Origin: an uncultured Methanolobus sp.
Lineage (GTDB): Archaea; Halobacteriota; Methanosarcinia; Methanosarcinales; Methanosarcinaceae
Assembly (NCBI GenBank): GCA_963675495.1
Contig: OY776215.1
Location: forward strand, 608,001 to 672,000
DNA length: 64,000 bases
Reading direction: 5' to 3'
The notes beneath the pieces were generated by a model, which made no database searches, was not told the DNA's origin, and worked only from the letters and a program-made list of their open reading frames with translations. The stretch's first letter is position 1, and each line of letters begins with the position of its first letter. The translations under genes and the position numbers were made by a program. This document shows positions 1-7,989 of the stretch, one piece after another.

Positions 1-77
1 CGCTGCTTCGCGCGGGCGATAACACTACCTATGGCTATCTCCTCATTGAATGCGGGAATTACAGCTACTGTCGTCAT
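1..77 (-). CDS. 5' end of a family 2 glycosyltransferase (runs off the window start)
   Basis: Not in the ORF track. The minus strand reads MTTVAVIPAFNEEIAIGSVIARAKQ, the canonical GT2 N-terminus (IPAFNEE), with a GGTGG RBS-like element upstream. Confidence 0.85.
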   Translation of the reverse strand, partial: MTTVAVIPAFNEEIAIGSVIARAKQ

Positions 78-419
78 TGATCCAACCACCACTTTCCTTT
101 GTGCTGCGCAACCCCCGGCATTTGAAAATGCATTCGGGCGCAGACATCAATGTATATATGAGTTACATTTATCCAATATACTGCTTAAAGATTGCTTATT
201 GGATATAAAACTTTCCAAGTCATCATGTGAATTGTTTTATAAGTGATATAAAATATAACTAGTCGCATATATTTAGCAATTGTTCGCTTGTGTGCGAATG
301 TTTAACAGTGTGAAAATGAGAAACATCGGAAGTACACCATACTAACAGATCAATTAATTAAAAAGACTGCGCTATGGATCAACCTATAAAAGGAAAAAAA
401 GTCTCAGCCTGCTTATCCC

Positions 420-602
420 TTATACTGGGACCTGACGCTGAGGTACAGGGAAATCAGTGAGAGCGTGAATATTATTGTCAAATGAATTGGATCTTGCAGC
501 CAGGACACGGTATTTGCCACAGTAGGTGCCGCCGCCGTTCTCAGTGCAGGTCATGGATGTAGAACTTGCGTGCTCGCACTTGTCATAGTATTTGCATTTC
601 AT
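420..602 (-). CDS. Small Cys-rich hypothetical protein (60 aa)
   Basis: MKCKYYDKCEHASSTSMTCTENGGGTYCGKYR with 4 Cys. A GAGG RBS precedes the ATG at 602; the longer ORF-track start runs into the repeat motif and is unlikely. Confidence 0.6.
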   Translation of the reverse strand: MKCKYYDKCEHASSTSMTCTENGGGTYCGKYRVLAARSNSFDNNIHALTDFPVPQRQVPV

Positions 603-777
603 TTTTGTTCCTCTATATAGCCACATTATTAGTAATATGTTATATAGTTTTTTATTTATAAATTTAGATTGTGGAACAAGTGATCTTCGAGGAATTATAG
701 GATACATCTTAGGGTATTTGTGTGCATTGGTAAGATTTTTGGAAAAATGAAGGTGGTGTGGATACTTAGATGCAATA

Positions 778-806
778 CAACCATCCGCCGCATGCGGCAC
801 GGTCCA
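778..806 (+). repeat. Cassette-boundary hairpin motif copy 1
   Basis: CAACCATCCGCCGCATGCGGCACGGTCCA. Confidence 0.85.
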
Positions 807-877
807 TTGTCACTGATATAGAAAGACATATGCAGGAGCAACGCAAAGTGAAGAATCAGAATGATAAAATCCTGAGT

Positions 878-1164
878 TTAACAACGGTTAAATCTTTGCC
901 TTAATTTATCGTAAATCGAAGATCTATAATCTACAGCATAAAAAATAATATTGTGCATGACATCAATATCAAACACTATTCTGTATTTCCCCACCCTATA
1001 CCTATAATATTCGAAACACTGCAATTGCTTGGTATTAGCTGTAAAAGGATCAATTAAATTATGCACTCTATTGAACGAACGATCTTTTTGACATCAGCAG
1101 GATGCTTCTTACGAATTGCTTTTAAATCTTTCTTAATTAAAAACATTCGTAAAGATACCTTCAT
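878..1164 (-). pseudogene. RelE/ParE-family toxin, frameshifted near 1064-1070
   Basis: MKVSLRMFLIKKDLKAIRKKHPADVKKIVRSIE in one frame continues in another frame as HNLIDPFTANTKQLQCFEYYRYRVGKYRIVFDID (RelE motif YRxRVGxYRIVF). Lies directly downstream of an antitoxin. Confidence 0.75.
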
Positions 1165-1167
1165 ACC

Positions 1168-1347
1168 TCATTCTAATCCAAATTCATCTTTGAGCTCTTT
1201 AAGAGTACAAACATTGCCTTCTTTAAGATCTCTTTTTGCTTCCTCGATGCGTTTAATAGTCTTTGAGCTCAAAGGCATAGAGTCAACATCAGTAATTGTA
1301 GAACAAGATCTTTTCGTTTTAGAACATGGATGAGTATTTAGAACCAT
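1168..1347 (-). CDS. Archaeal RelB-like antitoxin (59 aa)
   Basis: Not in the ORF track. Reads MVLNTHP...PLSSKTIKRIEEAKRDLKEGNVCTLKELKDEFGLE, a typical archaeal antitoxin C-terminus. Its stop is 3 nt before the toxin ATG. Confidence 0.7.
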   Translation of the reverse strand: MVLNTHPCSKTKRSCSTITDVDSMPLSSKTIKRIEEAKRDLKEGNVCTLKELKDEFGLE

Positions 1348-1488
1348 TTATATACAATATCTCATGCACACTTAAATAAGTAGTACCAAAAATGGCTCTT
1401 TAGAAATCTCCAATATTCGAACTTCTCAGCGGTTCGTATTTTAAGAAGGTAGCAAATTTATCTTTCCGACCTGCTAATTTAAGCTTTA

Positions 1489-1577
1489 TTGTCGTAACAA
1501 TTATTGTTTAAACAATAATACGTAACATCTACCAGAATAGATTTACGACGTAGCTATGAACTATCAGGAATACAACG
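1489..1577 (+). repeat. 89-bp non-coding duplicated segment, copy A (contains a 20-bp perfect palindrome)
   Basis: Ungapped match to 4066-4154 with 7 mismatches. ATTATTGTTTAAACAATAAT at 1500-1519. Confidence 0.9.
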
Positions 1578-1607
1578 CAACCACCCCGCAAAAGGCGGCA
1601 CATTCCG
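1578..1607 (+). repeat. Cassette-boundary hairpin motif copy 2
   Basis: CAACCACCCCGCAAAAGGCGGCACATTCCG. Confidence 0.75.
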
Positions 1608-1689
1608 ACACCATAAAAGAACAGGACAAAACCGATATCCCATCAAAAATAGACCCACAAAAACATTTCCAGCTCCAAATACAAAAGAA

Positions 1690-1953
1690 TCAATATATTA
1701 CATCATGGTGATCATAATCAAGTATCATGATTGCTTTTTTATCCGCATCTATTTCATAGATCAGCACAAATGAAGAGTCAATATGTACCCTCCTTGCACC
1801 GTGCAGATCACCACGTAATGGTTTATAGTGATACGGATTCAAGATTATCTGTTGAACTTTCTTGCTGATAATATTCATCTGCTTAGGATTCTTTTTAGCA
1901 AGCTTCATGAATTTCTTATCAGCAAGCTCGGATACAACAACGCAATACTCCAT
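1690..1953 (-). CDS. RelE/YafQ/StbE-family mRNA interferase toxin
   Basis: 87 aa with NPYHYKPLRGDLHGARRVHIDSSFVLIYEID...HHDVIY; downstream of a small antitoxin. Confidence 0.85.
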   Translation of the reverse strand: MEYCVVVSELADKKFMKLAKKNPKQMNIISKKVQQIILNPYHYKPLRGDLHGARRVHIDSSFVLIYEIDADKKAIMILDYDHHDVIY

Positions 1954-1958
1954 TATGT

Positions 1959-2186
1959 TTACCCGTAGCGTTCAGAAAAATCACTTACATGGACAAATTT
2001 ACCCTTCCTGATATTGTCAAGTTTTTCCAGGTATTCCTGACTTGCTTCCGGTTCCCTGGATATTACACTCTCCATGAACATCTGTATCTGTTTGCTCATG
2101 CTCATACCATGTGATTTACACAGGGCAGAGAACTCCTTATATGTATCTTCATCCACATTGAAAGTCTTTAATACCATTGAGATCAC
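1959..2186 (-). CDS. Antitoxin (ribbon-helix-helix-like N-terminus)
   Basis: LKTFNVDEDTYKEFSALCKSHGMSMSKQIQMFM fits an RHH pattern. Ends 5 nt before the toxin start. Confidence 0.75.
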   Translation of the reverse strand: MISMVLKTFNVDEDTYKEFSALCKSHGMSMSKQIQMFMESVISREPEASQEYLEKLDNIRKGKFVHVSDFSERYG

Positions 2187-2191
2187 ACCAA

Positions 2192-2268
2192 TTATTTAAT
2201 ATTTAATAATCTTATTTAATGTTTAATAACATTATTTAATCATATTTAATCATATTTAATCATATTTA
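2192..2268. repeat. AT-rich short tandem repeats (TTTAAT units, CATATTTAAT x~3) upstream of the TA operon
   Basis: attatttaat atttaataat cttatttaat gtttaataac attatttaat catatttaat catatttaat catattta. Confidence 0.7.
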
Positions 2269-2359
2269 CCCCCATACATATCAAGTTTTTTCAATTGATC
2301 AAAATGATATAGATCATTTAAACTTTGTAGAAAGATTCTACTTTAAATAAGCTGCAATA

Positions 2360-2388
2360 CAACCATCCACTGCAGGCGGCACTATCCA
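2360..2388 (+). repeat. Cassette-boundary hairpin motif copy 3
   Basis: CAACCATCCACTGCAGGCGGCACTATCCA. Confidence 0.85.
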
Positions 2389-2499
2389 CAATTACTGCAA
2401 AAAAGAAGATATATAGCCTGCTGATCAAAGAACGATCTCCAGCATTATCAGCGTATTTTCCATAACACATAAATAGTACGGAATTAAATCATAATTATT

Positions 2500-3930
2500 A
2501 TGTTCCGTAATTTCATTAATCGTGTCCATGAACTGGAATTCCTTAACAGGGAATATAGTTCAAAAGATCTTTCTTTCACCGTCATCTACGGACGCAGGCG
2601 AGTAGGCAAAACAGAACTTATCCAGCAGTTTGTGAAAGACAAGCCCCATATCTTCTTTCTGGCGGACATGAGAGGCACACGATCCAATACCCTCAGATTC
2701 AGGAAAAAAGCTTCAGGCTTATTCGATGATATAGAACCTGCAGCAGAGGCATTTGATGATGTGTTCGAATACATAAGTAAAAAATGGAAAAGTTCCAAAA
2801 AGCTTGTCATAGTTATCGATGAGTTCTCCTATCTGGCACAGACCGATAGATCCATACCGTCAGTATTCCAGCTTATCGTTGATGAGATACTCAAAGGAGG
2901 ACATTTCCATCTGATACTCTGTGGCTCATCCATTTCCATGATGGAAAAAACAACTCTTTCCCATTCAAGTCCTCTTTATGGAAGGAGGACAGGACAGATC
3001 AAGGTCATGCCACTGAGTTTACGCCACATGACTGGTTTTTCCCCGGAATCAACACCAGAAGAGCTTTTAAAAATATATGGTGCAACTGGAGGAATTCCTT
3101 TCTACCTCAGATTCTTTGATCCTGGAAATGATCTTTATGAGAACATAGGACAACACATATTTTCCAAAGATGCAGTATTATATGCCGAAGGCGAGTTCCT
3201 TCTTCGCGAAGAATTGAGAGAGCCGGCAACTTACATGAACATCCTTTATTCCATCTCCAAAGGTAGCACAAAAGCAGGAGAGATCGCTGCTGGCGCTTTC
3301 ATTGAAACAAAGGATCTATCATACTATACAGATACTTTGATGAGGCTTGGCTTTATCAGGAAAGAGCACCCTGTTGCAGAAAAAACATCTACCCGTAAAA
3401 CGATCTACGTTATAGATGACCCTTTTCTGCGCTTCTGGTTCAGATATGTACTGATACATAGAGATTCCATAGAAGCAGGTGATAATTCGCATGCCATCCA
3501 GGACCTGGATAAGAGCTACGACCGTTACCTGGGGGAAACGTTCGAACAGGTATCCAAAGAGATCCTTACATACCTCAATTTACAGGATAAACTCCCTTTC
3601 AGGTTCAGATCCATAGGCAGACAATGGGGAAAGATACCTAATATACCAAAAGGTAAAAATGACTATGAAATTGACCTGGTGGCCCTTGATCAGGATTCAA
3701 AGAACATACTCTTCTGTGAATGCAAATGGCAGAAGCAGAAGGTCAATACAGATGTCTACTTCAACCTGAGAGAGAAAGCGTGTCATGTAAAGTGGTTCCC
3801 CGAGAGAAAAGAACACTTTGCACTTATCAGCAGATCGGGTTTCACAAAAAAGATGCATGAAATAGCAAAGCAGGAGAATGTTCTGTTACTTACCCTGCAT
3901 GATTATTTGTCCAGATCTTCTGCTGAATAA
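2500..3930 (+). CDS. Archaeal AAA ATPase (ATPase_2) with wHTH and DUF234 PD-(D/E)XK nuclease-like domain
   Basis: FINRVHEL, Walker A YGRRRVGKT, Walker B IVIDEF, LCGSS, PLYGRRT, DPFLRFWFRY, and EIDLV...FCECKW. Confidence 0.9.
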   Translation: MFRNFINRVHELEFLNREYSSKDLSFTVIYGRRRVGKTELIQQFVKDKPHIFFLADMRGTRSNTLRFRKKASGLFDDIEPAAEAFDDVFEYISKKWKSSKKLVIVIDEFSYLAQTDRSIPSVFQLIVDEILKGGHFHLILCGSSISMMEKTTLSHSSPLYGRRTGQIKVMPLSLRHMTGFSPESTPEELLKIYGATGGIPFYLRFFDPGNDLYENIGQHIFSKDAVLYAEGEFLLREELREPATYMNILYSISKGSTKAGEIAAGAFIETKDLSYYTDTLMRLGFIRKEHPVAEKTSTRKTIYVIDDPFLRFWFRYVLIHRDSIEAGDNSHAIQDLDKSYDRYLGETFEQVSKEILTYLNLQDKLPFRFRSIGRQWGKIPNIPKGKNDYEIDLVALDQDSKNILFCECKWQKQKVNTDVYFNLREKACHVKWFPERKEHFALISRSGFTKKMHEIAKQENVLLLTLHDYLSRSSAE

Positions 3931-3941
3931 GTTCAAGAATA

Positions 3942-3965
3942 CAACCTCACTGCAAAGGCAACACA
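3942..3965 (+). repeat. Cassette-boundary motif copy 4 (degenerate)
   Basis: (AATA)CAACCTCACTGCAAAGGCAACACA, 11 nt after the ATPase stop. The hairpin is eroded. Confidence 0.5.
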
Positions 3966-4009
3966 TAAAAATAATATTGTGCATTACGACTAAAAGGCGT
4001 AAGGGTAGA

Positions 4010-4044
4010 GAAAGCCCACGCACTTTAGTCATGGGAGCAGTCAC
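4010..4044 (+). mobile_element. IS200/IS605-family right-end remnant (no transposase or TnpB)
   Basis: GAAAGCCCACGCACTTTAGTCATGGGAGCAGTCAC resembles the typical AAGCCCACGACTTTAGTCGTGGG...TCAC subterminal hairpin and terminal TCAC. Confidence 0.65.
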
Positions 4045-4065
4045 AACCTATCAATTCATGCGTTG

Positions 4066-4154
4066 TTGTCATAACAATTATTGTTTAAACAATAATAAGT
4101 AACATCTACCAGAATAGATTTACGATGTATCAATGAACTATCAGGAATACAATA
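4066..4154 (+). repeat. 89-bp non-coding duplicated segment, copy B
   Basis: 82/89 identical to 1489-1577; palindrome at 4077-4096. Confidence 0.9.
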
Positions 4155-4183
4155 CAACCATCCGCCGAAGGCGGCACGGTTCA
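4155..4183 (+). repeat. Cassette-boundary hairpin motif copy 5 (best stem: CCGCC-GAA-GGCGG, outer AACC/GGTT)
   Basis: CAACCATCCGCCGAAGGCGGCACGGTTCA. Confidence 0.9.
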
Positions 4184-4265
4184 CAATTACTGAAAAAAGA
4201 TGAGTTATAGCCTGCTGATCAAAAAATATATATATATAAAAAATAAAAAAAATAATCAAAGGAAC

Positions 4266-4862
4266 TCAAAACATTATCTTTGCCTTTATCTGAGCTAATT
4301 CATGTTCTATTGTTGAGATCCTCTCGTCAAGATGAGACCTGAAATCATCCCTGTTCAACCGAACCTCGGATGCTATTTCTGTTCTGTTTTGGTCAATCTT
4401 TTCACCAACCACATCGATCTTATCACCCAATCCATCGATCTTCCCACTTACGACTTCGACTTTACTGCCAACCGAATCAACCCCATCACCGACCCTGTCG
4501 ATCTTCTGCCCGAGATTCGAGTTCATTTCACGCATATACCTCACAGCTGCATCCATTCGCTCATAAGTTGCTGTGGTCAGATCCTCGTCTCTGACTATCT
4601 CAAATGTACCATACTCGCCAGTTGCTTTTGTGTAGACTACATCGATATTCGTTACACGTATAGGATATTGAGTGATGTTGACTTTTTCAAGTAACTCCCT
4701 GATGCTGCCCTCTGTACCCTCACAGACAACTTGCACCGTGCCATCATCGAGATTTTTGACATATCCATTAAGAGCCAGATCAAAAGCTATTTCGTCAATG
4801 AAATCCCTGAAACCTGCTTTCTGAACTCTGCCATGTATTATGACCTCTGCACGCTTCTTCAT
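4266..4862 (-). CDS. Acylphosphatase domain fused to a C-terminal heptad-repeat coiled coil
   Basis: HGRVQKAGFR and GYVKNLDDGTVQVVCEG acylphosphatase motifs, then KIDRVGD/GVDSVGS/KVEVVSG/KIDGLGD/KIDVVGE heptads. Probable start MKKRAEV at 4862. Confidence 0.8.
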   Translation of the reverse strand: MKKRAEVIIHGRVQKAGFRDFIDEIAFDLALNGYVKNLDDGTVQVVCEGTEGSIRELLEKVNITQYPIRVTNIDVVYTKATGEYGTFEIVRDEDLTTATYERMDAAVRYMREMNSNLGQKIDRVGDGVDSVGSKVEVVSGKIDGLGDKIDVVGEKIDQNRTEIASEVRLNRDDFRSHLDERISTIEHELAQIKAKIMF

Positions 4863-4942
4863 AAGAGTTGATTTTTCCTGAAGCAATATAAACGTTATTA
4901 TCATATCTCATTAACAAGCCAGAAATAATCACAGAACTTAAA

Positions 4943-4971
4943 CAACCACCCGCCGCAGGCTGCACACACCA
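4943..4971 (+). repeat. Cassette-boundary hairpin motif copy 6
   Basis: CAACCACCCGCCGCAGGCTGCACACACCA. Confidence 0.8.
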
Positions 4972-5015
4972 TCACCAAAAATGTAAAAAGAAAATCCGGA
5001 GAATAGTCTTTGCCC

Positions 5016-6314
5016 TCATTCAAGCAACCATTTCCACACAGGCCTAACACTTATTTTCCTGCCATCCATTTCAAGCGCTTCCTCCGTATCTTCCGTGAGT
5101 ATGAGACCTTCTTTCAGCCCGTACTTATCCATAGCTTCCAGAAGTCCTGCTATCTCTCTTTTTTCATTTGACCATTCCATCCTCTGAGTAACCTGTATTG
5201 CTTTTATGATATGTCCCTTCTCCATCAATATGAAATCACACTCATTCTTATCCACGTGGTAATAGATATCATGCCCCCTGTTTTTCAATTCAAGGAATAC
5301 AATGTTCTCAAGTGTTTTGCCTGTATCCTTTGAGAATTTGAAGGCAAGAACGTTCATCAGTCCTGTATCTATGATATAGGCCTTCTTCTTTGAATATATC
5401 TGCTTTTTAAGAGAGTAATCAAAAACATTGATCGTAAAGATCAGATAAGAGTTCTCCAGATGATCTATGTAATTTTTCACTGTTGTCTGGCTGCCAATTC
5501 CTAGGACGTTCTTTAACCTGTTATAGCTTATCTCAGTTCCGGGATTAGTTATCAGATAATACGCAAGGGATCTTATTGCAGTCTCGTCCTTAATACCATA
5601 TCTTGCGATAATATCCCTGTACAGGATGTTATCATAGAGGTTCCTGATTATGTCCTTATTTCCGTATTTATAATACTCTGGAATGCCGCCATTTTCAAGA
5701 TACTGACTGAATTCTTTTTTGATCCTTGCTCTCTCCTCTGTCAGATAAAACTCCTTTTCAGTTTCTATGCCTTTTGAACCCATCAGCTCTTTGAATGAGA
5801 AAGGATAGAGTTCAAGTTTCACATGTCTTCCGGTAAGCTTTGTCCCCAGCTCCCTGCTCATCAAAGAAGAATTTGAGCCGGTGATGTAGAATTTGAAACC
5901 CCGGTCATACATCCGCCGTATGAATGCTTCCCAGTTGGGTATGTTCTGTATCTCATCAAAGAAAAAGACCTTGCTCTCTTTTGATGTTTCCAGAAATGAT
6001 TCATACAGGGCATTGAAATCGCCTACTTTGAAGTCAAGCAACCTTTCATCTTCAAAATTCATGTAATATATGTTATCTTCCGGATAGTATCTTTTTTTTA
6101 TCTGTTTTAAAAGGGTGCTTTTACCCGCACGTCGCAGACCAGTGATAACCACTATATGAGGAATTTGGGAGTAACTTTCTATTTCTTCAAGCTTCTGGCG
6201 CTTTATTGTCGGCACCTCCATTTCAAACTCCTGCTTTTGCTCTGCTATAAGCTCCTTTATCTGCATAATATCCATAAATTGCATTCTGTGATGAATGCAT
6301 ATATATATTTCCAT
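5016..6314 (-). CDS. AAA_14 ATPase with DUF4143 domain
   Basis: GLRRAGKST, FFFDEIQN, ITGSNS, LTGR, GGIPEY, KKAYIIDTGL, LENIVFLEL, ECDFI. The true start may be a downstream Met (~6269). Confidence 0.9.
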   Translation of the reverse strand: MEIYICIHHRMQFMDIMQIKELIAEQKQEFEMEVPTIKRQKLEEIESYSQIPHIVVITGLRRAGKSTLLKQIKKRYYPEDNIYYMNFEDERLLDFKVGDFNALYESFLETSKESKVFFFDEIQNIPNWEAFIRRMYDRGFKFYITGSNSSLMSRELGTKLTGRHVKLELYPFSFKELMGSKGIETEKEFYLTEERARIKKEFSQYLENGGIPEYYKYGNKDIIRNLYDNILYRDIIARYGIKDETAIRSLAYYLITNPGTEISYNRLKNVLGIGSQTTVKNYIDHLENSYLIFTINVFDYSLKKQIYSKKKAYIIDTGLMNVLAFKFSKDTGKTLENIVFLELKNRGHDIYYHVDKNECDFILMEKGHIIKAIQVTQRMEWSNEKREIAGLLEAMDKYGLKEGLILTEDTEEALEMDGRKISVRPVWKWLLE

Positions 6315-6393
6315 TTAAAATGGAGATTATTACTCACAAATTGTCATTGATAATGGAGATTATAGCAATGATATCTCCATTTAAAATAGAGAC
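6307..6393. promoter_or_regulatory. Three imperfect palindromic boxes (TCTCCATTTAAAATGGAGA-like) at 33-bp period
   Basis: ATGGAGAT starts at 6320 and 6353, ATAGAGAC at 6386. The boxes overlap the 5' region of the ATPase gene. Confidence 0.55.
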
Positions 6394-6444
6394 ATTGCAC
6401 TCCAAAGTACATTATACGAAAAGTCTATGAACGCATATCGACCA

Positions 6445-6474
6445 AAACCATCCCGCTGCAGGCGGCACAGTCCA
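6445..6474 (+). repeat. Cassette-boundary hairpin motif copy 7
   Basis: AAACCATCCCGCTGCAGGCGGCACAGTCCA. Confidence 0.85.
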
Positions 6475-6577
6475 TCAATACTGTTGTAACAAGAATGTAT
6501 AGATATTCTCTAGGCAATGTTGCAAAGAAAAAAGAACATAAACACATGTGATCAGTTATGATCTTTATTGCATCCAT

Positions 6578-7858
6578 TCACTCAAGCAGCCATTTCCACA
6601 CAGGCCTCACGAAGATCTTCCTTCCATCCCTTTCGATCATATCTTCAGTATCCTTTGTAAGTATGAGACCTTCCTCCAGATCATAGGTCTGCATTGCTTC
6701 ACGTAAACCTTCGACCTCACGTTTTTTGTTGTCCAGGTTCAGCTCCTTTGTCACCTGAATAGCATTGGTTATTTTATTATCTGCTTTTATCAGAAAATCG
6801 CACTCATATGTACCTTTATGGTAGTAAACTTCGTTCTGTCTTCTTATAAGCTCTATAAAGATCAGGTTTTCAAGCAGTCTGCCGTAGTTCTCTGAGAACT
6901 TGAAAGACACTGCATTTATCATACCAGTATCAAGGCAGTATATCTTCTTTGGATTTGCAAGTTGTTTCCTGAGAGAATAATCAAATTTTTTGATGGAATA
7001 TAATAAGTATGAGTCTTCTGCGTAGCTCAGGTACTCTTTTACCGTATCTGCAGATATTTCCAAGACATTTGCTATGCTGTTGTAAGAAAAAGGCTTGCCA
7101 ACATTTGAAATAATGAAGTATAGCAAGTTTATTACATCCCTGTTATTCCTCAGTTTATGTGGAAAGATTATGTCTTTCAGGTATATGGTCTCATAATAAT
7201 TTTTTAAAAGCTCTTCTTTGATGTCATTGTCCCCTTCAAGAGAGATCCGGGGGAAAGAACCATGCTTGAGATATTCCTCGAACTCCAGTTTTTTCTCACC
7301 GGATGTCAGCCTTTTGAGTCCTTTGAAATCCAGATATTCTTTAAAGGTTAGTGGAAAGACCGTTACTGCAAGGTATCTTCCTGAAAGACGTGTGATGGTC
7401 TTCTTTTTAAGTAGGGATGATGTGGAACCCGTCAATACAAATTTCAGGCGCTTGTCAGTATCGTATAATATTTTCAGTGTCTGCGTCCAGTACCTGAAGT
7501 TCTGGACCTCATCAAGAAAAATGTAGTATCTTTCTTTTTTCGTTGCCGCGATATGATCTTCAATGATACCCGAAAGAAGAACGGCACTCTCTGACCTGCT
7601 CTGGAACACCGGTTCATCAAGGTTTATGTAAAGTACCGACATGGCCTCGTTTTCAGGCAGTTCAAGACTGCTGATAAGCTGGTATATGAGAGTTGACTTG
7701 CCCGTCCTTCTTGCACCAAGTATTAGCAGTATCTCTTCCGTACCCATATATTTGGCTAAACGTGGATAATAATGAAGACGAGGTATACTCGTACTGTAAC
7801 TTTTTCCGAACCACCCCGGATTCTGCTTTTCCAGCACTTCTTCGATCAGTTGTTCCAT
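6578..7858 (-). CDS. AAA_14 ATPase with DUF4143 domain (paralog of 5016-6314)
   Basis: GARRTGKST, IFLDEVQN, LTGSTS, LSGR, KKIYCLDTG, LENLIFIEL, ECDFL; shares the C-terminus DGRKIxVRPVWKWLLE. Confidence 0.9.
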   Translation of the reverse strand: MEQLIEEVLEKQNPGWFGKSYSTSIPRLHYYPRLAKYMGTEEILLILGARRTGKSTLIYQLISSLELPENEAMSVLYINLDEPVFQSRSESAVLLSGIIEDHIAATKKERYYIFLDEVQNFRYWTQTLKILYDTDKRLKFVLTGSTSSLLKKKTITRLSGRYLAVTVFPLTFKEYLDFKGLKRLTSGEKKLEFEEYLKHGSFPRISLEGDNDIKEELLKNYYETIYLKDIIFPHKLRNNRDVINLLYFIISNVGKPFSYNSIANVLEISADTVKEYLSYAEDSYLLYSIKKFDYSLRKQLANPKKIYCLDTGMINAVSFKFSENYGRLLENLIFIELIRRQNEVYYHKGTYECDFLIKADNKITNAIQVTKELNLDNKKREVEGLREAMQTYDLEEGLILTKDTEDMIERDGRKIFVRPVWKWLLE

Positions 7859-7895
7859 AATGACTTATTTGTTTTTCAAGTTAAATAAAATTACC

Positions 7896-7944
7896 GATTA
7901 TAATCTATGATTTACAGCAGAAATTCAGATTATAATCGATGATT
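7896..7944. promoter_or_regulatory. Two GATTATAATC palindromic boxes 32 bp apart upstream of the ATPase
   Basis: GATTATAATCTATGATT at 7896 and GATTATAATCGATGATT at 7928. Confidence 0.5.
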
Positions 7945-7989
7945 GTGTGATATATATACTTCAATCACAAACTTCCATATAAAAAATAA

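Noticed and set aside
31-246. ORF 31..246 (+) and ORF 1061..1333 (+)
   Set aside because: These are antisense shadows of the GT2 start and of the TA pair respectively.
603-800. N-terminal extension of ORF 420..800
   Set aside because: It starts inside repeat copy 1 and crosses AT-rich promoter-like DNA. The ATG at 602 has an RBS.
2318-2347. TTTGTAGAAAGATTCTAC resemblance to the IS5 TIR at 38926
   Set aside because: Only a short AT-rich match, with no partner end or target duplication.
3878-4259. ORFs 3878..4102 (+) and 4056..4259 (-)
   Set aside because: They run through repeats, the palindrome and the IS-end remnant, and show no protein-like features.
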